Positions 9,301 through 16,022 of a DNA stretch of 20,833 nt are shown piece by piece. The stretch covers positions 1-20,833 of the forward strand of contig JBLIRN010000006.1 of the NCBI GenBank assembly GCA_049472315.1, in the 5' to 3' direction. The notes beneath the pieces are model-generated. The model saw nothing but the letters and a program-made list of their open reading frames with translations, was not told the DNA's origin and searched no databases. Source of the DNA: a bacterium (GTDB lineage: Bacteria; SZUA-182; DTGQ01; JAFGSM01). A program made the position numbers and the translations under genes. Within the stretch, counting starts at the first letter, position 1. The number at the start of each line of letters is the position of its first letter.

Positions 9301-11156
9301 AATATCTCCCCCTGCTGGGTCCCATAGTCATCGGGCACCCCGTTCTCCCCCCCGTCGGACACGGGAAAGGAGTTCGGGTCGATAATGATCTGCGGCTCCA
9401 CGGTAAAGGGGTGGGTGTAGTATTCCTCGGGTCTGAGCAGCGACCCTGCCCCCAGCTCTCCCACGATGGCCTGATCACCGTGGCATCCATAGCAGAGATC
9501 CTCGTAGTCAAGGGGATCGGTGTTATCGATGTGCTCTCCCCATGCCAGGTTGAGGGGGGCGATGCGCATCAGGGAATCCACATCCGGGCGGATCACCAGG
9601 GTCTCCAGGGATTCGCCGGTGCTCGTCTTCTGTCGCTCCGTGCCGTCATGGATGAAATGGCAGAACATGCAATTCGCACATCCCACCTCGGTTTGGGTCA
9701 CGCTCCCGTTCGGGTCGGCCATGAAGGTCAGCCGGGTGACATTCCGCGCATAGGCCTCCGCCCTCGTATGCAGATGCCTGCCGCCAAGCATGGAGGCACT
9801 TTTGTCCGAATGGCATGCGATGCAAAAGTCGGCACTGTCCTCCGAGGGGTCCGTGCTCTGGGGGTCATCGGCGCCATCCGGGCTGGCGAAATTCCAGCGC
9901 AGGAAGTTGTTCCGTTTGTTCTTCCCCTTGGCCCCTGTGCCGGTATAGGGCCCCGGGCCGTGAAACCCGTCGTGACAACTGGTGCAGGTAAGCCCCCCGT
10001 TCTTATTCAGGAACTCCGCCGGGGTTCCCGGCGCCCGGATGAACATGCCGTTGTTCACCTTGGAGCTGTCACCCAGCCATGCCTGGGTGCCCATGGGGTG
10101 GTGTTCCCTGGAATCATCGGTGATGTCCTCGCCATAGATGGGAACCGCCCCTGCCTGTGTCCACAGGTTTCCCTGGATACCATTATGACATCCGTAGCAC
10201 AGGGCCCCCGACCATTCATCATCGCCGGTATCATTCACGGAGAGCACGTTGGGCGTGGCTATGAACGGCTTCTCCTCCACAGGAAACCGAAAGATCTTCC
10301 TGCCGAGGGTTTCGTTATCCTTGATCAGCGTCCTTCCCAGGTGGGGATGGTGGCAGGCCAGGCAGTCCGACTCCGGGGCGTGAATCTCTCCATGGCATTG
10401 GGCACAGAAGGGCTTCCGGTTGTTCCAGGGATCACCCACGCCGTGCCCGGGCCGCGTTCGCAGGTAGAACCCGCCGGAGTCTCGCGAGTCCGGTTGTTTA
10501 TGGGGATCATGGCACGTGCCGCAGTAAACCCCGGCCCCCCCGGATCGGTACCGGTCGGGTGCCGGCCCCTGGGGATAGGTGTCACTGTCCGTGGGATCGA
10601 GGGGGAACACCTCGGAATCGAAGAAGATAAGTGCATCATCGAGGCCTACATCCGCCCCTCCGTGCATGACGTGGTTCTCAAAGGGACCGTCGGTGGAGGA
10701 GCCCCCCTCCATCTCATCCATGACATCGTCGGTGCCGGTGCTTGCGTAGACCTCCCGTTCACCATCCGGTCCGGTGTCGACGGTGAAAATCCCTTCATAT
10801 TCGTTGGCCGGGGGATAGTTGCCTGGCTGGTATCCGTCGACCATGAAGACTTCGCCTCCGGACACGGCGTCCCCCTTGAAGAACATAGTACCATCGTGAC
10901 AGGTGGCACACAGTTGGTGGATGCCGTCATAGAGGCCGGGCTTTTTGCTGGTCCTTGCCCATATCTTGGGCCCTTTCGATTTGTGGGGGATATGACAGGT
11001 GGCGCATACCCCTTTCGGGCTTTTGATCCTCTCATCCCCGTGAGGCCCGGTGATGGCGTATGTGTTCGCTGCGCAAAAAAACAAGAGAAGACAGGTAACC
11101 ACGAGGGTAAGCGTGGCACATCGTGGTGCGCTGCAATCTGATATTGTATATGGCAT
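3324..11156 (-). CDS. Giant exported multiheme cytochrome c (2610 aa; 49 CxxCH + 1 CX3CH)
   Basis: Manual count of 49 CxxCH plus CYVGCH. Sec-type signal ..LVVTCLLLFFCAANTYA. Three tandem 14-heme modules, a 5-heme cap, and a C-terminal CIDCHGYPP..GAH..H..CTMCH..YD..TC..CH..PAW domain resembling the Geobacter CxxxxCH/CxxCH repeat family. No obvious SD, so the start is somewhat uncertain. Confidence 0.96.
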   Translation of the reverse strand: MPYTISDCSAPRCATLTLVVTCLLLFFCAANTYAITGPHGDERIKSPKGVCATCHIPHKSKGPKIWARTSKKPGLYDGIHQLCATCHDGTMFFKGDAVSGGEVFMVDGYQPGNYPPANEYEGIFTVDTGPDGEREVYASTGTDDVMDEMEGGSSTDGPFENHVMHGGADVGLDDALIFFDSEVFPLDPTDSDTYPQGPAPDRYRSGGAGVYCGTCHDPHKQPDSRDSGGFYLRTRPGHGVGDPWNNRKPFCAQCHGEIHAPESDCLACHHPHLGRTLIKDNETLGRKIFRFPVEEKPFIATPNVLSVNDTGDDEWSGALCYGCHNGIQGNLWTQAGAVPIYGEDITDDSREHHPMGTQAWLGDSSKVNNGMFIRAPGTPAEFLNKNGGLTCTSCHDGFHGPGPYTGTGAKGKNKRNNFLRWNFASPDGADDPQSTDPSEDSADFCIACHSDKSASMLGGRHLHTRAEAYARNVTRLTFMADPNGSVTQTEVGCANCMFCHFIHDGTERQKTSTGESLETLVIRPDVDSLMRIAPLNLAWGEHIDNTDPLDYEDLCYGCHGDQAIVGELGAGSLLRPEEYYTHPFTVEPQIIIDPNSFPVSDGGENGVPDDYGTQQGEIFCGTCHDVHTGSNRPYLRSQRSPYEANGFCEGCHDQDGFLSTSHPIDRGPNFDPRNGPVTAETFEDTLWGYGPVFSSGGSGKPGGITDPYDAAQSTSLLGTKGKVICLTCHNTHAARTSRRGEVSGDSSMVHGKLLVMDNFPTNSTEPGDELCRACHDRNVFPLNGPHRDDLAAYDERGICHNCHVPHRAQSESKLWAIDLPGTFDGVHDMCNSCHNPLDFSTVSGQGDVFSKGSYENHVMFGGAVITTGECPEAPSLRLVGDLDTAIFPLDPNDSDTIPEKDDGSYCNRSLFSYREGGEGFYCGTCHNPHNDLSEDPNGYGDYLRAKDSSWIGEAGKRKPFCIQCHGEIHAPGSDCLDCHHPHQGKTLIEDDERIGRLILSQFSVVSTTFTALPNVPEITDDPNDTNPSQFCYACHNPDAGGSAGIPVIYGDDAGDMRREHHPMGTQASLTDPEKVKDGVFIRAPGTPPQFLNNNKQLTCTSCHDGLHGLGPFAGLVEREKSKANAFLRWVLNDGEDRDKPDFCLACHSDKAPFTHEGRHMVSPAESPNGRGGCMFCHFVHDGDERQTDPVPGIGIRTDLDALMRVPSLNLVWGDRHEDTDIFDYEDLCFGCHGTQAIVGGTGGAGAMIDPNTHFTHPFTLVPDADIIGDGFPIADGAAMVVQDDYGTEDGHMYCGTCHDVHDNRTAPYLGTHPSPYQTKGLCEACHDADSQFVPASHPIGVGPNPDPSQGAPTAPAFADSYHGGGPLFSQGGSGRPGGITYPFNTATGQSTLAGKGAVICLTCHNTHAAATSWQGENTTDPYQDHGYLLVKDNLSERGTHSPGSELCKACHPFGDTEYDFPSGDHGGGGLSGAEWGICNACHTPHGAAGPKLWSRPGYGSGPFQGFRQLCFTCHNLAGIAKTGAESVFKKALPGGQIPGDYLEDHVMRNWADIDGVAYYDPNTFPRDSSDHDAIPTGPKPQPDPHDGFYCGSCHNPHLQQGDAYLRSRGGNAGYPGKREDFCNDCHIDAHFQEQDDACLLCHNPHQGRTQIDEDPNVGRLILIVDFRARTFTAEPNVDGFTGDDVSSTCYGCHGPSESDPNVISWEDLGATCIYGDDAATVEDADSQARRRGKTLTYPPRDHHPMGRQARFGQCPRAPGADRSLFNKNGELTCTSCHSDTHQGDRENNFLRWDFAKDNSHFCLRCHPNKLETKLGPLGGGHHQTWETSPVTRVVRTLATQNGKKTVTPITVKCANCMFCHFIHDGEDQGDTSTPGVKTLMRISPVNLRWGDAWQDEDTLDYEDLCYGCHSRERIVGGVGSLGALIIPPQELGPEAAADPILGRRFTHRFRCEPNPASPTSIRLKSANPVFPLSDGTGEMVPDDYGTESGRLYCGTCHDVHTWAANPGSKYLRGLTSPYAPGGGFCHECHSADPAPSVCTPAFNHRLAPAPEGIISVVEWSPLLFSNVDPGMARGKGEKGGYIAAPTGLSPSVGQMTCLTCHNIHAAETTYDGQVTGPQSDESVLVDGRHGKLLVIDNGHGPAGSDLCINCHPDHSQIVGSAHDFSHRGLDGLGGGIATKGICSACHSPHLAPGEKLLWVRSMAEERLTFGAAPGFALGSTIYCYDCHSGIVCDANPPPELFLPFPPQDVAFVDGPGGLIAGYYENLPAYVQDIPPHRLPSGMPTEIKTSGHFVRQPILTPGISQNDKLACNDCHNPHRGITKEGIANQAFIKAILGGKPMGPYKASINMAYHPETRDNLESRQACVACHGLSERVNAPIYAPTTFANVNPLYTSGLLLARPPKTVYEHFDAGIYACTDCHRHNRAMVLCIDCHGYPPTSVGNGWMGSGDTDQNYKGGAGAHYTHVVEHQFACTMCHKGCLHDPGGATVVNPSFKRAKVSIDFDTSYAFPRSSGEFQTKMAYYGTDGKAIIPPIYDPIKQTCYVGCHNPLVGDPDDIPNLNNPTPAWSLQAAQAPTAPTYPGGSSTPTWITVRIPYVIPGVLPGTWQIPGL
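4681..11051 (-). repeat. Three diverged intragenic repeats of ~2.0-2.2 kb (14-heme module): ~11051-8811, ~8810-6771, ~6770-4681
   Basis: Same ordered landmarks in each copy: K(I/L)W, E(N/D)HVM, YCG(T/S)CHxPH, YLR, PNV, HHPMG, RAPG, LTCTSCH, FLRW, CMFCHF(I/V)HDG, LMR..NLxWG, DYEDLC, DDYGT, CGTCHDVH, SPY, CLTCHNxHAA, HGxLLVxDN. Boundaries are approximate. Confidence 0.92.
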
Positions 11157-11230
11157 GAGTTTTTTGTTTTCAGATACACCTGTGCAGTATCATTCCCTTG
11201 TGCGGGAAATGGTTTCGAATCAAGTACCTC

Positions 11231-11259
11231 ATTATAGTAATTTTGTGAACAGACTTCAA
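11231..11259 (-). promoter_or_regulatory. Sigma70-type promoter for the giant cytochrome gene
   Basis: Minus strand TTGAAG (11259-11254), 17-bp spacer, TATAAT (11236-11231), about 75 bp upstream of ATG 11156. An AT-rich UP-like tract lies upstream at ~11275-11317. Confidence 0.7.
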
Positions 11260-11388
11260 GTTAAGACCATCCTAACTTATTAATTATTCTGATATTAATT
11301 ATTACGATATCGATAATGGATGAGCCCCCCTCCCCGCCCCGCATCGAACACTGCCCGGCAATCCGGGGCGTTTACCCTTGCACCTGCC

Positions 11389-11465
11389 TGTGGATAAACA
11401 AATTAATACAGCAAAAATATATTTAATTTAATTAATGTTGTATATGTCCCCATCCGTGTGGATAA
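11389..11465 (-). promoter_or_regulatory. Two perfect DnaA boxes (TTATCCACA) flanking an AT-rich tract
   Basis: TGTGGATAA on + at 11389-11397 and 11457-11465, same orientation, with ACAAATTAATACAGCAAAAATATATTTAATTTAATTAATG between them. One-mismatch box TTATTCACT at 11692-11700. The sequence match is exact; function is inferred. Confidence 0.55.
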
Positions 11466-11945
11466 CATGCAAAACAAATACCATGATGTACACCCGGAAC
11501 GTTTGTCCGTGCATGGGAGTCACATGTCAATCGGCCATGCGTCCATGAACCTCGGCGCAGGGTCGGACGAGAGAGAGGGCAAGGGAGGAAGGCCATGCAG
11601 GGGGGGGAGGGATGATAAGGAATCCTCGCCATATCTCACACTGTATGAGGGATCATGCAATAGGAACATGCGTGCACAGGGACACTGCTGTTTATTCACT
11701 GATCAGCATTGATCATTTTTTGCCGGAGGGGGCTGAGCCCCAGTGTATGACATGAATTCCAAGGGGATTCGGCTACACGGAACAAGGGACCGGGGGCAGG
11801 GGAATGTTGTATGATTCTGCAATAATATGCATTCTATATGCAATATTATATAATAGTATCATGCAGGATGTACCTCCATGATCATCACAGCCCATTCCAC
11901 TAAAAAGCCACGATTTTTTGATCATAAGAAGGAGGGTGAGCCGCA

Positions 11946-14900
11946 TCATCCAGGGGGCAGGGGAGGCACCTCGTCCTCCTCATCCCATAACTTTCGGTAG
12001 TATTTGTAGTTGCTCACACCGAAACGCATAAGCCCGGCATGACATTCACCGCAGTAAAGGTCATCCCCTTCGTTGCCGAAAAGGCCATAGTTGCCGGTCC
12101 CTATATACCCGTATGTCCAGTCCGCACCATCTTTGTCATGGGTGATGGCAAGATCGTTTCTGGTCATGGCCGTATGCTTGGTTCCGTGGGGATTATGGCA
12201 TGCCGTACAGGAGGGGCGTGAGTCCAGCCATCCGTCCCGATCGGAATCCCAAACGATCTTGCTGTGGCATCGGCTGTCCGTGCATCTGTTTGTCCGGCTG
12301 GCCCCACCGCTCCCGGCGGGTGCGGAGAGGGTGACCAGGGCATTGGGGAGCGCCAGATGGTTCCAGTGGCTGTTGCTCGGAAAGTAGTTGACGAATTCGA
12401 AGGTCGGCCCCCTGGTGGTGTTGTGCCTGTTCAGCCCCAGGAGGTCCACGTTTTTGAATCCTGTCTGCACGTTGTCCACCAGGAAGAAGGGATTGTGGTT
12501 GGTGGAGTAGTAGCGGAAACCGAATCCGAGGCCTATGATCGACTCCTCATTGTGGCAGGAATAGCAGAGGTTGAAATCCCCTGACCAGTATTCGTCGCGC
12601 CAGCGGGGAATCACCATGGGCTCCTTGCCGTTCACCATTCGAAGGCGATAGCCCGACTGGTAGTTGGCCTCCTCTGCATTGTAGCGACTGATGTTGATGT
12701 GGGGCAAATCGGGATCGTGGCAATCGGTGCAGATAAGACCGGCGCCGCGTCTGCCCGAATCCGGGTTGACCAGATAGGGGGGGAGCCCGTGACCTGTCTG
12801 AAAGAAACCGTATCCCTCGGGCTGCGCAACAGGATCGGCGGGTTCACCACATACATTGGGCGCCACAATGGGGGCGCCGAGACCCGGCCACCATATGACC
12901 GAGGGCTCGTCATCATGACATCCGGCGCACCATTTTTCCCTTCCCAGTTTGAGGGTGCCGTTGGAATTATAGGGGGACGACTCCCAATTGTTTTTTGCAC
13001 CGATGAGGGGATCCGATACCCCGTTGTAGCTGCCTCCCTGGCTATGGCATGGTTGGCATACCTCCGTGCTCGCGAAGGGCTGTTCATCCGCAAAGGTAAG
13101 GTCACCTATCTCATAGGCGAGCTCCGGGGGGTGGCACACGGAACAGGTGCTGATGCCGATGCCCCTCCCTGTCTCGATTATGCCCTTGGCGCGGATGAGC
13201 CGATCCGCGGGTTGCGTGGTGCCCGGCGGTGAGATGAGGTGCACGAGGTGCGCCTGGTTCTGGACGGGGACTATCCGATTGTGAAGGTGACAGCTCGTGC
13301 ACGGGGTGTCATTGTCCTTCTCGTGTTCGGTCCTGTTTTCGGAGGTCTGCAGTATATAAAAATCGTAGAGTTTCAGAGGGATTCCGATGATGGCATCCCG
13401 TTCCGCATATCCATGGCAGGATGCGCAGATCGCCCTTCCGTTGCCGGTGCCGTTTCGGGTATGGCGGCTGGTTTCCAGGTTATCCACGGTGTTGACCCCC
13501 AGGGGATTAACCAGGAAGGCCTGGTTTTTGGTACGGCCATGGGGATCGTGACATAGGTCGCAGGGGATCTTGTCCCCTGTGTCGATACCGTGCCTGAGTT
13601 TTGAGAGGTTTTCGGTCTTGATGTAATGGCCTCCGGTGGGTGAGCCGTCTACCGGAGGCTGGTCCTCGTTGGGTGGTATGGTGTCGTAGTAACCGACCTG
13701 GGTGCTGATCCCCGGTCCATCGGTGAAGGCGATATCCTGCGGGGCATTGAAGAAGACATTGGGGGGGGGATCATTATCCGTGGATGCGTAATCCTCATGA
13801 CAATCGTAGCAGAAGATGGTTGTGCCGGGGACGTAGTCCGGTTTGTCGGCATGGAAAAACGTGCCCCGTTCCTCCGCCAGGGAGCGCGGCCAGAGGAGCA
13901 GTTTGTCCTTGGTCCGGTGGGGGGTATGACAGGCGGAGCACACCCCCCGTGAACCTGTCTCCCCCAGGTCAAGGTGTGAGAAGTCGTGTCGTGACTCGCA
14001 GATTGCGGAAAAAGGCTCATGACACAGGCGGCACAGATCACTCCCCTCCTCGGTTTCACGGTTGTCTGCAACGAGCAGGTGCCCGTGTCCGCCCTGCGTG
14101 TCCATCTGGTCCGTTTTGTCGAAGGTGTCACCGTTGTGGGTAGTGGAGGCGGCATGCACGCTGTGGCAGGTAAGGCAGAGGATCTCCCCCTCCGGGATAT
14201 TCCCCTGGGTGATTCCGCGTGGATCGCCGCTTCCCCCGCCGAAGAGGGGGGCGGGAAACGCCTGCAGGGTCTTGTCCGGATTGGGAGGCACGCCCACGGG
14301 ATGGCTCGACATCCCACCCGCCGGGTGCTCCGTGTGGCATCCCTGGCAAAATCCCTGGTTTTTGTAAGGAGATGCATTCCCGCGCAGATAGGGTCTGTTG
14401 GCGGCATGGTGGATAGTGTGACAGGAGCCGCAAAATAGCTCACCTGCAGGGACACCGTAGTCGTTACCCACCCATAATCCCGGACCGTCGGATACCAAAA
14501 ACTCGCCGGTGGGGTTGGCCGTACGGATGTTCCCCGAGAATGGATGGGTGGCAAACAAATCAGGACGAAGCCGCGCCCCTGCGGTGCCCGAACCCTTCAT
14601 ATACAAAGGATTGCTGTGGCATCCATAGCATATGTCCTCGTAGTCGTCGGTATCCGGGTCATCATCCTTCAGCCCCCACTGGAGGTTTACCGGGGTGATC
14701 CTGATGATCGCCTGAAGCCTGTTCGTGAATTCGGTCCCCTGGTCCTCCCCGTCATGGATGAAGTGGCAGAACAGGCATTCACCCCTGCCATTGGGACTCC
14801 TTCCGAAGGCCTGGCGGTGCGCCGATCCTTTCACCGTTCCGAGGTCCTCCGCCGTCTTGTCGGTATGGCACAGGGAACAGAAAGCTGCATTGTCCTCGGT

Positions 14901-16022
14901 AAAATCCTCCCTCAGATAATAGGGGTGGTTTCCCCCATGGAACCCATTATGACAGGAGATACAGGTGAGCTGGCCTTCAGGGCTGGGATGATCCACCCGG
15001 GTCACATGGGCATTTCCTTCGATGACCGCCTGTGATCCCATGGGGTGATGCTCCCGCGGGGTTTCGGCGTCATCGGCATAGATGATCGCCGCACCCAACT
15101 GCTCAATTTCAGGGGGACGGTTCTGGCGGTGGCATCCGTAACAGATGGAGGAGGGGTCCACATCGATCCCCTCCTGTTGCCTGCCGAAGGAGGGGACATT
15201 AGGGAGCGCCCTGAAGTTTGCGCGTATGATGGAGTTGGTGTGGATCCACTGGCCGAGTATAGGATTGTCCTCGATCCGTATGATTCCATCGTGAGGGTGG
15301 TGGCATCGCTGGCACCCTAGATCCGTGCCGTGCTGGGGATGTTCCGGGAGATTCTGATGGCATTGCAGGCAAAAGGCGGTACGGTCCCCTGATGTTCCCA
15401 CCTCTCCGCCCTCCATGACCCGCAGGTAATCTCCGTGTCCGCTGGTATTCGCATGCGGTTGTTGATGGGGATCGTGGCAGGAACCGCAGTAGAATCCCTT
15501 GTTCTCCGTATCCCCCTCCGCCTCGGGATGCCCCCATTCGTCCCGCTTCTTCAGCGGGAAGACAGGATCGGGGGCCTTGGGGAGTTTTCCTGTGGCAGGA
15601 TCAGGGTCCGCCCAGTCATGCATCACATGGTCTTCGCCGAGAAGGGATTCGGTCTGATCGACGAAAACGTTGGCATGCGTATACCGGTGCCCCCCCATGG
15701 GATGGGTGTCCAGGGTAAAACCTGAGAGTGCATTGACTGCGTTGCCGGGATAGTGACAGGTCTGGCATATGGTCCTCATCCCCTTGGTGCCCCTGACGGT
15801 CTCCGCGCCAGTGGGCATCTTTTCCCAGATCTTCGGTTTTTCCCCCCTCCTTGAGAAATGACATCGTTCGCAGACCTTGTCCTTGTATCCGGGCAGTATC
15901 TGGCTGTGGGCACCCTCCGGATCGCCTGAGCCTCCGTCAACGGCAGTGGCGGGAGATGAGGTAAGGATGAAGAGTCCGAGACATATGAAGACGACCGGAT
16001 ACACTATGCCCTTTTTGATCAA
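11946..16022 (-). CDS. Large exported multiheme cytochrome c (1358 aa; 26 CxxCH + 1 CX4CH), paralog of the giant cytochrome
   Basis: Manual count of 26 CxxCH plus CTDSRCH. Signal peptide MIKKGIVYPVVFICLGLFILTSSPATA. One 14-heme module (~15915-13995), a 5-heme cap (~13994-13275) and an unrelated C-terminal 7(+1)-heme region. TTG start overlaps the upstream TGA (TTGA, 16019-16022). Confidence 0.95.
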   Translation of the reverse strand: MIKKGIVYPVVFICLGLFILTSSPATAVDGGSGDPEGAHSQILPGYKDKVCERCHFSRRGEKPKIWEKMPTGAETVRGTKGMRTICQTCHYPGNAVNALSGFTLDTHPMGGHRYTHANVFVDQTESLLGEDHVMHDWADPDPATGKLPKAPDPVFPLKKRDEWGHPEAEGDTENKGFYCGSCHDPHQQPHANTSGHGDYLRVMEGGEVGTSGDRTAFCLQCHQNLPEHPQHGTDLGCQRCHHPHDGIIRIEDNPILGQWIHTNSIIRANFRALPNVPSFGRQQEGIDVDPSSICYGCHRQNRPPEIEQLGAAIIYADDAETPREHHPMGSQAVIEGNAHVTRVDHPSPEGQLTCISCHNGFHGGNHPYYLREDFTEDNAAFCSLCHTDKTAEDLGTVKGSAHRQAFGRSPNGRGECLFCHFIHDGEDQGTEFTNRLQAIIRITPVNLQWGLKDDDPDTDDYEDICYGCHSNPLYMKGSGTAGARLRPDLFATHPFSGNIRTANPTGEFLVSDGPGLWVGNDYGVPAGELFCGSCHTIHHAANRPYLRGNASPYKNQGFCQGCHTEHPAGGMSSHPVGVPPNPDKTLQAFPAPLFGGGSGDPRGITQGNIPEGEILCLTCHSVHAASTTHNGDTFDKTDQMDTQGGHGHLLVADNRETEEGSDLCRLCHEPFSAICESRHDFSHLDLGETGSRGVCSACHTPHRTKDKLLLWPRSLAEERGTFFHADKPDYVPGTTIFCYDCHEDYASTDNDPPPNVFFNAPQDIAFTDGPGISTQVGYYDTIPPNEDQPPVDGSPTGGHYIKTENLSKLRHGIDTGDKIPCDLCHDPHGRTKNQAFLVNPLGVNTVDNLETSRHTRNGTGNGRAICASCHGYAERDAIIGIPLKLYDFYILQTSENRTEHEKDNDTPCTSCHLHNRIVPVQNQAHLVHLISPPGTTQPADRLIRAKGIIETGRGIGISTCSVCHPPELAYEIGDLTFADEQPFASTEVCQPCHSQGGSYNGVSDPLIGAKNNWESSPYNSNGTLKLGREKWCAGCHDDEPSVIWWPGLGAPIVAPNVCGEPADPVAQPEGYGFFQTGHGLPPYLVNPDSGRRGAGLICTDCHDPDLPHINISRYNAEEANYQSGYRLRMVNGKEPMVIPRWRDEYWSGDFNLCYSCHNEESIIGLGFGFRYYSTNHNPFFLVDNVQTGFKNVDLLGLNRHNTTRGPTFEFVNYFPSNSHWNHLALPNALVTLSAPAGSGGASRTNRCTDSRCHSKIVWDSDRDGWLDSRPSCTACHNPHGTKHTAMTRNDLAITHDKDGADWTYGYIGTGNYGLFGNEGDDLYCGECHAGLMRFGVSNYKYYRKLWDEEDEVPPLPPG

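Noticed and set aside
4681..11051. Giant gene as an assembly artefact from repeat expansion
   Set aside because: The three modules are strongly diverged with distinct indels, which misassembly of identical repeats would not produce.
11243..11261. Rex-like operator TTGTGAA-CAGAC-TTCAAGT overlapping the promoter
   Set aside because: Only one perfect half-site, and the spacing is 5 rather than 4; too weak to call.
11352..11380. Minus-strand GGGTAAAC...GGATTGCCG resembling the two ends of a cyclic-dinucleotide (GEMM-I) riboswitch, as found upstream of Geobacter cytochrome genes
   Set aside because: Only a few nucleotides separate the ends, and the GAAA-loop P2, GCAAA junction and P3 are absent. 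An Infernal scan would settle it.
11432..11712. Short ORFs (66 and 84 aa) in the long spacer
   Set aside because: No convincing SD or motif; the CFACY string is not a heme motif.
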